A stretch of 35,035 nucleotides of DNA from an uncultured Sulfurospirillum sp. (GCA_964647715.1 CAZYJF010000001.1:1-35035), one strand, 5' to 3'. Counted from the stretch's first letter, positions 26,803 to 34,335 are shown. Numbers and translations are program-made. Notes: generated from the letters alone by a model not told the origin.

Positions 26803-27680
26803 GTAAATTAAGATATGCTTTATACACAGGATGTACAGCTAGAGAGAGTACACCAGAACTGTTAAAATCTACTTTGGCTATCGCAAAAGCACTTGATATT
26901 GAGCTTGTATTGCTTGATGAAGCTTCATGTTGTGGGGCAAGTCACTTGCAGGATTTTGATGATCAACTTTCTCTCGTTCTTAATGCTAGAAATATCGTCT
27001 ATGCAGAGAAGCTTGGACTTACAATGGTTACTATTTGTAACACTTGTCAAATCAATACTGCTATGACAAAAGATAGATTGGATAATAATCCAGAATTGAA
27101 AAAGCAGATCAACTCTAAACTTGCAGAAGTAGGGCTTGAGTATAAGGGTACTAGTGTAGTGAAGCACTTTTTGTATGCACTTGTAGATGATCTTGGAGTG
27201 GAAGAGATAGCAAAAAGAGTGACTAAACCTTTGAGTGATTTTCAAATAGCTGCATTTTACGGCTGTCACAATATTAGACCATCTGAGCTTCAACACAAAA
27301 GTAATGGTGGTGAGAATGCATATGCACCAAACTCTATAGATAAGTTAATTCTTGCTCTTGGCGGAAAGAATGTAGAGTATGAGAGTAAAAACAAATGTTG
27401 TGGTTTTCATGTGGAGCTTCAAGATCCAAAGACTGCAAACAGGCTCTCAGGTACGGCTCTTACTGATGCTATTGATAATGGGGCAGAAGCGGTTGTAACA
27501 CCTTGTCCACTTTGTCATCTTAGAATGGATACACAACAATCTCATATCTCTCATGAGATGGGAAGAGAGGTCAATATCCCGATCCTTCATCTTCCACAGA
27601 TGGTAGGACTTGCTCTTGGAATTGACCCATTAGAACTTGGGCTTAATCATCATGTAAGCGAAGTCACATTTGTTAAATAG
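26799..27680 (+). CDS. CCG-domain (HdrB-like) subunit of a non-classical type-E succinate:quinone oxidoreductase / fumarate reductase (SdhE/MfrE-like)
   Basis: 293 aa. Two Cys-rich CCG motifs: C...SCCGAS...CNTC and C...KCCGFH...CPLC. ATGA overlap with sdhB. Confidence 0.88.
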   Translation: MSKLRYALYTGCTARESTPELLKSTLAIAKALDIELVLLDEASCCGASHLQDFDDQLSLVLNARNIVYAEKLGLTMVTICNTCQINTAMTKDRLDNNPELKKQINSKLAEVGLEYKGTSVVKHFLYALVDDLGVEEIAKRVTKPLSDFQIAAFYGCHNIRPSELQHKSNGGENAYAPNSIDKLILALGGKNVEYESKNKCCGFHVELQDPKTANRLSGTALTDAIDNGAEAVVTPCPLCHLRMDTQQSHISHEMGREVNIPILHLPQMVGLALGIDPLELGLNHHVSEVTFVK

Positions 27681-27706
27681 GATAAAATTTATCTTGATTT
27701 AAATAT

Positions 27707-27732
27707 TTGTGTGGTATAGTTTGACCACACAA
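27707..27732. promoter_or_regulatory. 9-bp perfect inverted repeat bracketing an extended -10-like element upstream of the superoxide reductase gene; candidate operator or 5' hairpin
   Basis: TTGTGTGGT (27707-27715), 8-nt spacer atagtttg, ACCACACAA (27724-27732). TGgTATAGT at 27712-27720 overlaps the left arm and the spacer. AAGGAG RBS at 27739-27744 and ATG at 27751. Confidence 0.45.
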
Positions 27733-27750
27733 AATAAAAAGGAGCATAAT

Positions 27751-28134
27751 ATGCCAAAAATTAATAAATACCAAGACATTTCAGAGATAGATAGAGAGGC
27801 TAAAAAAGATCTTATAGATAGACACTCGCCTTTTATTCACTGTGCATCAACAGCAAAAGCTGGAGAGCCATTTGAAGTAACAGTTAAGATGGGTAACGAA
27901 TATACTCACCCAGATGATTTTGATCACTTCATTGAGTCAGTGACTCTATTTAACGGAGATACTAAGTTGGCTGAGGCTGTGTATGTACCTGGAGCACTTG
28001 GAAACACTAAAGCTCACAATACTACAACATTTACTATCATCCCAACAGGTAAGAAGTTAAATCTTGTAGCTCATGGATACTGTACAAAACACGGAATCTG
28101 GGAAGGAACTCCTGTAGAAGTTACTGTAGAGTAA
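27751..28134 (+). CDS. Superoxide reductase (1Fe-SOR / neelaredoxin-type, desulfoferrodoxin ferrous-iron-binding domain)
   Basis: 127 aa from ATG 27751, which has a good AAGGAG RBS. The track's GTG at 27709 lies inside the palindrome and promoter and is unlikely. Ligand pattern: H in DRHSPFI, HPDDFDH, and C..H in YCTKHGIW. Confidence 0.85.
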   Translation: MPKINKYQDISEIDREAKKDLIDRHSPFIHCASTAKAGEPFEVTVKMGNEYTHPDDFDHFIESVTLFNGDTKLAEAVYVPGALGNTKAHNTTTFTIIPTGKKLNLVAHGYCTKHGIWEGTPVEVTVE

Positions 28135-28146
28135 TTTTCAAACTAT

Positions 28147-28166
28147 CAAAAGCCTCTTGGCTTTTG
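28147..28166 (+). terminator. Putative intrinsic terminator after the superoxide reductase gene
   Basis: CAAAAGCC-tctt-GGCTTTTG gives an 8-bp stem and a 4-nt loop, 13 nt after the stop codon. The T-run is partly inside the stem. Confidence 0.5.
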
Positions 28167-28206
28167 ACTTAACACTTCTTTAAATCTTCTTCGCTACTAT
28201 ACTATT

Positions 28207-28875
28207 ATGGAGAATGTACAAATATTAAAGCAACTAAGGGATTTGTATAGATTGCAATCTTTTGGTTTTACTTACTATTCTAAGCCTAAAGAACCGATAC
28301 TTGATGAAAAATTTCATATGCAGTTGCCAGAAAGTCTATCCTCATTAAGTGATATAGTTCATAATTGTTCACTATGTTCTCTTTCAAAATCAAGAAAAAA
28401 TGTTGTTTTTGGTGAGGGGAATGAGAGTGCGACTGTGATGTTTGTAGGAGAGGGTCCAGGGAGTAGTGAAGATGAGAGTGGAAGACCATTTGTCGGAAAG
28501 TCTGGGCAACTTTTAACTAAGATCATAGAAACTACACTTGATCTAAAAAGAGAAGATGTCTATATAGCAAATATAGTAAAATGTCGTCCACCACTAAATA
28601 GAGTACCTTCAAAAGAGGAAGCTCAAACATGTTTGCCATATCTATTAAAACAAATTGAGATAGTTAATCCAAAGATTATCGTTACTTTAGGGGCTACAGC
28701 TTATCAGTATTTGAGTGGTGATTATGATAGCTCAATATCAAAAATAAGAGGCGAGATGATAGAGTATGAAAATGCTTTATTGATGCCGACATTCCATCCA
28801 TCATTTTTGTTACGAAATCCTTCAGCAAAAAGATATGTCTTTAATGACATGAAAAAAATAAGGGCTTTACTTTGA
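28207..28875 (+). CDS. Uracil-DNA glycosylase, family 4 (Fe-S type)
   Basis: 222 aa. Motifs GEGPGSSEDESGRPFVGKSGQLL and TFHPSFLLRNP. Cys residues for a 4Fe-4S cluster (CSLCSL, VKCRPP, QTCLPY). Confidence 0.9.
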   Translation: MENVQILKQLRDLYRLQSFGFTYYSKPKEPILDEKFHMQLPESLSSLSDIVHNCSLCSLSKSRKNVVFGEGNESATVMFVGEGPGSSEDESGRPFVGKSGQLLTKIIETTLDLKREDVYIANIVKCRPPLNRVPSKEEAQTCLPYLLKQIEIVNPKIIVTLGATAYQYLSGDYDSSISKIRGEMIEYENALLMPTFHPSFLLRNPSAKRYVFNDMKKIRALL

Positions 28876-30077
28876 AAAATTTATTGATAATAATACTACT
28901 TGGTTTTATAGAACTTGGTGCTTTTAACTTTAAGTCACCTCCAGCTTCTGTCGAAGTTATGGAGCCTTCAGTATTGGGAGATGAAGTAGAAGCAGATGAA
29001 AATCAACCTGTTCATCAAAATAAAAAAAAGATAGTCATTGAAGAGAATGAATTTGATGATTTTAAAAAGGATAATAAGAAAGCCTCTAACATATATGTAG
29101 AGCATAGAGAAGAGTTTGATACAAGTCATTTAGACAAAATTGATTATCCAAAGATTGCTCTTATGGTACCAAGAAATGTGATCAAAAAATATGCTAATTC
29201 TGTGGCAGATTCAATCTTGTCATACTTACTCTTTAAAAAGGGTAGATTTGAATTTGAACTCTTTGACTGCAAAGATGAAAACCCAAAGCATATTGTTGAT
29301 ACATTGAACAAGATTCGTCAAAAAGGATTTTCTCTTGTCATCGCTCCTATGACTCAAAGAGGTGCTAGATGGATAGCCAAATATGAAACTTCACTACTTA
29401 TATATATACCAACAGTAAATAAAAAAGAGGTTCCTTTGCAAAGTGATAATATCATATTTGGTGGTATTGATTATGAGGAGCAGATCGATAACTTATTGAC
29501 ATTTGCCGGAGATAAAATTGCAATTTTCAATGACAAAAGTCCTTTATCACAAAAAATTGCATCTTTTGTAAAAAATGCTGCATTTTCTGATATCACATAT
29601 GAGATGATCATAAAAAGTGCAAAGGTAAATCTAAGACCATATCTAAAAGGAAATCACAAACTTGATAATGCTTCAATATTTTTAAATATGCCAATAGTAA
29701 AAACTTCACTTTTAGCTTCTCAGTTATCTGTTTATGATATTAAATATAAAAATCTTTTACTGACACAAATAGCATATAACCCACTTATTTTTACACTCAC
29801 TCAAAGTAAAGATAGACAGAAGATGTATATAGCAAATTCTATAGGAAAGAGTAACTTTGTGCTTAAAGATATTAATTTATTATTTGGAACAAATGTGGAC
29901 TTTGCATGGGTAAACTACTCTACTCATCTAGGAATGGACTATTTTTTCACAAATTATATATACAATGATGTACCCGTTTTTGATTTAAGGGTTGTAAATA
30001 ATCAAGTAAAATACAAAATTGATATCTTAAGGCCAACGGATTCAAGTTTTGAAAAGGTAAAAGTAAATTTTAGATAG
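28872..30077 (+). CDS. Hypothetical exported protein; the C-terminal ~300 aa look like a type-I periplasmic-binding-protein fold (LpoA/LppC- or LivJ-like)
   Basis: 401 aa. TTG start overlaps the UDG stop (TTGA). N-terminal hydrophobic signal-like segment, then an acidic/lysine-rich linker. Alternating beta-alpha pattern follows (KIALMVPRNV..., FSLVIAPMTQRG..., DKIAIFNDKS...). The fold call is inference only. Confidence 0.35.
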   Translation: MKNLLIIILLGFIELGAFNFKSPPASVEVMEPSVLGDEVEADENQPVHQNKKKIVIEENEFDDFKKDNKKASNIYVEHREEFDTSHLDKIDYPKIALMVPRNVIKKYANSVADSILSYLLFKKGRFEFELFDCKDENPKHIVDTLNKIRQKGFSLVIAPMTQRGARWIAKYETSLLIYIPTVNKKEVPLQSDNIIFGGIDYEEQIDNLLTFAGDKIAIFNDKSPLSQKIASFVKNAAFSDITYEMIIKSAKVNLRPYLKGNHKLDNASIFLNMPIVKTSLLASQLSVYDIKYKNLLLTQIAYNPLIFTLTQSKDRQKMYIANSIGKSNFVLKDINLLFGTNVDFAWVNYSTHLGMDYFFTNYIYNDVPVFDLRVVNNQVKYKIDILRPTDSSFEKVKVNFR

Positions 30078-30180
30078 ATATTTGTAAATCTTTTTTGTAT
30101 GTGGTCGATATAAGGTTAGATAGAAAATGTGTAAGAATTAAATATATTAATTTATATGCAAAATATTAAAGGGTTTTAAA

Positions 30181-31617
30181 TTGAGACGATTGAAAAAATT
30201 GAAAGTTTTGACTGAAATATTACTTCTTATAGGCTTTGATTTACTGTTTTATTATATTAGTGCATTGCTAGCATATTGGGTTAGCTCTTTTTTTGTTGAT
30301 ACAAAGGCATTTCCCCTTAAAGATCTTTTAGCACTTTGGTGGATACCGATTATATTGTTGTTGTCATTTGCAAATGAGAAGATTTATACTCAAAGGCTTC
30401 CATTTTGGGATGAAACACAAAGGATATTCAAATATACCACATTAACTTTTTTGATTATTTTTACTATCGTATCATTTGGTGAGTATCATGGTTCTCTTTC
30501 TCGTGTGACTCTATTTTTACTGTGGTTGTTTATCGTTATCTTGTTTCCACTTGAGAAATTTATCATCAAACATATTATGTATAAATTTGATTTTTATAAG
30601 AGAAAGACATTAGTATTAGGTGCAGGTACGGCTGGTAAACAGGCTGTAAAAGAGATCTTTAATCAAGATTATCTAGGTCATAGAGTTATTGGTTTTTTGG
30701 ATGATGATGAGAAGAAGATTGGTAAAAGTTACAAGATCAATGGTCGAACTATCAAAGTCTTGGGTAAATTAAAAGATTTTAATGATATTGCATCACAATA
30801 TGCTGCACAATCTGCTATTTTAGCGCTGCCAGATCTTCCTGCTAAAAAATTGGCAAAGATCATCATTCGTATTCAAAAACGAGTAAGAGAGTTAATTATA
30901 GTTCCAGAAATTCATGGAGTTTCACCTCTAAATACTGAGACATTTCATGTATATGATCTAGATTTGATGATGTTGAAGGTTAATAACAATGTTAGATCGT
31001 CTTTTAACCAATTTGTCAAAAGAACATTTGATATTGTTGTGTCTGTACTTCTTTTGCCAATATTGTTGCCTGTTATTGGTGTGCTTGCATATTTGATTAA
31101 AAAAGAGTCTCCGGGGAATGTATTTTATGCACATAATCGTATAGGAAAAGATGGAAAAATCGTACCGGTACTGAAGTTTAGGAGTATGTATAGTGACTCA
31201 AAAGAGAGGCTTGAAAAACTACTTGAGAGTGATCCTGCCATTAGGGAGGAGTGGGAGAAGAACTTTAAACTAAAAAATGATCCAAGAGTTACAAAGATTG
31301 GAAAATTTATCAGAGAGAGTTCTTTGGATGAGTTGCCTCAAATCTTCAATGTCTTAAAAGGTGATATGAGTTTGGTAGGTCCAAGACCCGTAGTTGAAGA
31401 GGAGCTTAAAAAATACTATAAAGAGTCTGCTGAGTATTATAAGATGGTAAAACCTGGAATTACTGGATTTTGGCAGGTGAGTGGTCGAAGTGATACTGAT
31501 TATGACTTTAGAGTTAAGGTGGATACTTGGTATGTTTATAACTGGTCTTTATGGCTTGATATCATGGTACTTATAAAGACTGTAAGAGTCGTTCTACTCA
31601 AAGAGGGTGCTTACTAA
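30181..31617 (+). CDS. Polyprenyl-phosphate glycosyl-1-phosphate transferase (WbaP/exopolysaccharide-type initiating sugar transferase)
   Basis: 478 aa from a TTG start. Four to five N-terminal TM helices. Rossmann-like LVLGAGTAGKQAV. C-terminal bacterial sugar transferase domain with LDELPQIFNVLKGDMSLVGPRP and PGITGFWQVSGRSD. Confidence 0.88.
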   Translation: MRRLKKLKVLTEILLLIGFDLLFYYISALLAYWVSSFFVDTKAFPLKDLLALWWIPIILLLSFANEKIYTQRLPFWDETQRIFKYTTLTFLIIFTIVSFGEYHGSLSRVTLFLLWLFIVILFPLEKFIIKHIMYKFDFYKRKTLVLGAGTAGKQAVKEIFNQDYLGHRVIGFLDDDEKKIGKSYKINGRTIKVLGKLKDFNDIASQYAAQSAILALPDLPAKKLAKIIIRIQKRVRELIIVPEIHGVSPLNTETFHVYDLDLMMLKVNNNVRSSFNQFVKRTFDIVVSVLLLPILLPVIGVLAYLIKKESPGNVFYAHNRIGKDGKIVPVLKFRSMYSDSKERLEKLLESDPAIREEWEKNFKLKNDPRVTKIGKFIRESSLDELPQIFNVLKGDMSLVGPRPVVEEELKKYYKESAEYYKMVKPGITGFWQVSGRSDTDYDFRVKVDTWYVYNWSLWLDIMVLIKTVRVVLLKEGAY

Positions 31618-31622
31618 TTCTT

Positions 31623-31646
31623 AGTATGAGATTAAATTCTCATACT
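31623..31646 (+). terminator. Hairpin after the sugar transferase gene; putative terminator
   Basis: AGTATGAGA-ttaaat-TCTCATACT gives a perfect 9-bp stem starting 6 nt after the stop. There is no strong T-tract. Confidence 0.45.
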
Positions 31647-31681
31647 CAATCATTTAAACTACTTTTTACTTATTGCAACTA

Positions 31682-31690
31682 TGTTAAAAT
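31682..31690 (+). promoter_or_regulatory. Candidate extended -10 (TGtTAAAAT) for the iscU-like/ferritin-like/psd operon
   Basis: TGTTAAAAT ends 22 nt upstream of the ATG at 31713. AGGGGG RBS at 31703-31708. Confidence 0.45.
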
Positions 31691-31712
31691 CCTCTGATCT
31701 TTAGGGGGAATT

Positions 31713-32159
31713 ATGTCTGATAGAGAAGCGTTAAAGGATGAATACTTAGATCATATGATCCATCCAAGAAATTATGGTAGCATGGAAAAATACGATGCTA
31801 AGGGTATTGGTCAAAATCCGTATAATAATGAATTAGTTGAGACCTATTTAAAGATAAAAGATAAACAAACGATAGAAGATATCAAGTTCCAAGCAATTGG
31901 CTGTATGAGTACAATTGTAGTCGGTTCTATTTTTACTGATATGGTAAAAAATGAGACTTTAGATGAGGCTGAAGATGTTGCCGATGAGTTTTTAAAAAAG
32001 GTTGAGAATGCTCCTAAAGAGGATAGGGCATGTGCCGAAATGGTTGCCAAAGCATTTCTAGCAGCGAAAAAAAATCATCAAAACAGAGCTATGGGTGAGA
32101 GAGAGGATGAGTATATAATGTTAATTAGCAGTGATTGTGTGATTGAAGATGAAAAGTAA
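31713..32159 (+). CDS. IscU/NifU N-terminal-domain-like protein lacking the first cluster-ligand cysteine
   Basis: 148 aa. HPRNYG, IEDIKFQAIGCMSTIV and TLDEA align to IscU. The usual CGD motif is replaced by NNE (NPYNNELVETYL). The C-terminal Cys is kept (RACAEMVAKAF), but the preceding His is Ala. Confidence 0.7.
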   Translation: MSDREALKDEYLDHMIHPRNYGSMEKYDAKGIGQNPYNNELVETYLKIKDKQTIEDIKFQAIGCMSTIVVGSIFTDMVKNETLDEAEDVADEFLKKVENAPKEDRACAEMVAKAFLAAKKNHQNRAMGEREDEYIMLISSDCVIEDEK

Positions 32160-32982
32160 TCTCTTTCAAAAGAAGCATGAACTTTGGTTGAGGATGCTCT
32201 TTGGTGCATTTAGTGTCAAGGATGAGAAGATATATGAGCTTTTGTACGATTTTGCTATGATTGAGTATAGGCATCTTCTTTGGTTGGGCAGTGATCTAAA
32301 AGAGAGAGGTATTGAATTTGATTTCAATAGAGAGCAGTTTGATATCGAATTTGAGAATAATTTTCAACTGTTTACTTCCTTGATAAAAGAGTTAAAGAGT
32401 ATAAGAGATGATTACGAAAAGACTGTTATGTTTGAGAGGTTTTTAAATGATGAGAGTTATTTTATAAAAAAGCTCGAACTCCTCCTTGAAGATGATAACA
32501 ACAATGAGTCCATAACTGCATTTGATAAATCAAGAAAGCTTGAAGATGTAGAACTAAATGATAAGCAGTTAAATGCTTTGATACTCTTTTTGTTTGAGGA
32601 GAGCTATAAAGAGTATGAGTTGATTTTGGTATATACTTATAGTAATTTTTATACTGATTCAAAGATTTTGAGTTCGATATTTTTTGATCTTATCTATGAG
32701 TCACATTTTCATTTAAAATCTTTTGCTAGAATGATGAGTAAGATGGGTATTTTGGCACTTCCAAGAGTAGTGCCAAAAAGAGTCTATCAGTTTGATGATC
32801 TTGAAGAGTTTTTGATTGATGGGATCAAAGAAGAAGAGGGTGCTAAAGAGCTTTGTGTGAAATTGGCAAATGATATTGATAATGAGGTTTTAAGTCCATT
32901 TTTTACATTTATCAACAATCAAGAGAGTTATCACATAGAGTTGATGCAAAAGGCACTAAGATATATCAAGGATAAGAGATGA
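32143..32982 (+). CDS. Tandem ferritin-like (bacterioferritin-like) domain protein; N-terminal half degenerate, C-terminal half intact
   Basis: 279 aa; TTG at 32143 or ATG at 32149, overlapping the upstream stop. C-terminal half carries EEEGAKEL and NQESYHIELMQ (ExxH), resembling bacterioferritin helices C and D. N-terminal half carries IEYRH (ExxH) and NDESYFIKKLE, where the second His is Phe. Assignment is by motif recall, not by search. Confidence 0.5.
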   Translation: MKMKSNLFQKKHELWLRMLFGAFSVKDEKIYELLYDFAMIEYRHLLWLGSDLKERGIEFDFNREQFDIEFENNFQLFTSLIKELKSIRDDYEKTVMFERFLNDESYFIKKLELLLEDDNNNESITAFDKSRKLEDVELNDKQLNALILFLFEESYKEYELILVYTYSNFYTDSKILSSIFFDLIYESHFHLKSFARMMSKMGILALPRVVPKRVYQFDDLEEFLIDGIKEEEGAKELCVKLANDIDNEVLSPFFTFINNQESYHIELMQKALRYIKDKR

Positions 32983-33818
32983 CATTACTTCGAGCAGCTT
33001 GGACAAATTCTATCTCAAGAGCCTTTGGAGCCTTTGCATCAAAAGAGTTTCCTTCTATCTTTCAACTACTTATAAATAGTCTATATGTTAAGTTGATGGG
33101 TGTTGATTTGAGTAAATTTGAGCCTGTATCTCATTATAAGACACTTAATGATCTCTTTACAAGGGAGTTGAAATTTCCAAGAAATATCAGTAAAGATCCT
33201 TCTACTGTCATATCTCCTTGTGATTCATTGGTAAGCGAACAAGGGAAGATAGAAGAGTCAAAAGCTTACCAAATAAAAGGTTTTGAGTATAGCATTGAAG
33301 AGTTATTAACTGACAATGTTGAAAAAGAGGATTTTGAACTCTTAGAGGGTGGAGATTATATAAACTTCTATCTATCTCCAAAGGATTATCATAGATATCA
33401 TGTTCCTATGGATATGAAGGTGCTTAGGGTGATACATGTACCTGGGGCTTTGTATCCGGTGAATTTTAAATATCTCCGAAAGGTTCCCTCTCTCTTTGTT
33501 AAGAATGAGAGAGTGATTGTTGAAGCTTTGGATATGAGTAATAGACTCTTTTATATAGTTTTGGTTGGAGCTTTGAATGTAGGTAAGATGACACTCAATT
33601 TTGAGTCAAAAATCGATACAAATGTTGAAGGTATAAATGAAACTAGAGTCTTTGAGTATAAAGATGGAGAAGCTGAGTTAAATAAGGGTGATGAACTTGG
33701 AATGTTTATGATGGGATCAACAATTGTCATGTTTTTTGAGAAAGAGTTTGTTGATTTAGATGATAAGAAAGGGAAGTCTGTAAGGTTTGCAGATGTGATA
33801 GCCTCAAAGCGATCTTAA
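32979..33818 (+). CDS. psd: Phosphatidylserine decarboxylase proenzyme
   Basis: 279 aa. ATGA overlap with the upstream gene. Conserved YHRYHVP segment and the self-cleavage motif MGST (FMMGSTIVMFF). Confidence 0.92.
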   Translation: MTLLRAAWTNSISRAFGAFASKEFPSIFQLLINSLYVKLMGVDLSKFEPVSHYKTLNDLFTRELKFPRNISKDPSTVISPCDSLVSEQGKIEESKAYQIKGFEYSIEELLTDNVEKEDFELLEGGDYINFYLSPKDYHRYHVPMDMKVLRVIHVPGALYPVNFKYLRKVPSLFVKNERVIVEALDMSNRLFYIVLVGALNVGKMTLNFESKIDTNVEGINETRVFEYKDGEAELNKGDELGMFMMGSTIVMFFEKEFVDLDDKKGKSVRFADVIASKRS

Positions 33819-33830
33819 GTTGATCGCTTT
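33806..33830. terminator. Bidirectional hairpin terminator between convergent psd and the comEA-like gene
   Basis: AAAGCGATC (33806-33814), 7-nt loop, GATCGCTTT (33822-33830), followed by T and GAGCTTATTTTTT. The left arm lies in the last psd codons (..SKRS*). Confidence 0.6.
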
Positions 33831-33835
33831 TGAGC

Positions 33836-34303
33836 TTATTTTTTAGTTTTAGCTTTTTTCTTCGCTTTTGATTTTACTTTTTTTAGAGATTTTTTAGCTT
33901 TTTTCTCAGCTCTTTTTGTTTTATCTCCTGCTACTTTTTTTGCAGATTTTGCTTTTTTGGATACTCTCTTTTTTGTCTCTTCTTTGCTTTTTGAAGCTTT
34001 AGTAGTAAGAGATTTTCTCTTTTTAGATTGAGTGCTTTTACTTCTTTTGCTTACACTTTTAGTATCAGCATTTTTGATACCTCTTTTTGCATTATTTGCA
34101 ATCTCATCACCAATACCTTCGATATTTTTCAAATCTTCAGCTGATCTGATTTTATGGCTTCTTCTATACTTGATGATAGCAGTTGCTCTTTTTTCTCCAA
34201 TTCCTTTGATACTCATCAAATCCTCTTTTGATGCAGTTTGAAAATTCATAGCAAACATTGATACTGCTGTGAACATTAGTGCAATAAAGATCTTTCTTAA
34301 CAT
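33836..34303 (-). CDS. ComEA-like periplasmic helix-hairpin-helix DNA-binding protein with a lysine-rich histone-H1-like C-terminal tail
   Basis: 155 aa. Signal peptide MLRKIFIALMFTAVSMFA. Two HhH motifs (LMSIKGIGEKRATAII, LKNIEGIGDEIANNA). I counted 31 Lys in the last ~73 residues. Confidence 0.8.
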   Translation of the reverse strand: MLRKIFIALMFTAVSMFAMNFQTASKEDLMSIKGIGEKRATAIIKYRRSHKIRSAEDLKNIEGIGDEIANNAKRGIKNADTKSVSKRSKSTQSKKRKSLTTKASKSKEETKKRVSKKAKSAKKVAGDKTKRAEKKAKKSLKKVKSKAKKKAKTKK

Positions 34304-34335
34304 TAGTTCTCCTTAAAAATATATTAAAACATTAA

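Noticed and set aside
27709-27750. N-terminal extension of the superoxide reductase gene from GTG at 27709 (MWYSLTTQNKKEHN...), as given in the ORF track.
   Set aside because: The extension starts inside the inverted repeat and the -10-like element and has no RBS. ATG 27751 has a well-spaced AAGGAG and gives a typical 1Fe-SOR N-terminus.
33839-34057. Low-complexity T/C-rich DNA (ttttt..gc.. motifs) as a possible regulatory or satellite repeat.
   Set aside because: It is fully explained as the reverse complement of AAA/AAG/GCT codons encoding the lysine-rich tail of the comEA-like protein.
34032-34241. 69-aa plus-strand ORF rich in Leu/Phe/Ser, opposite the comEA-like gene.
   Set aside because: It is the antisense shadow of the lysine-rich (AAA/AAG) tail and HhH region. 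The poly-Leu/Phe composition is a direct consequence of TTT/CTT codons.
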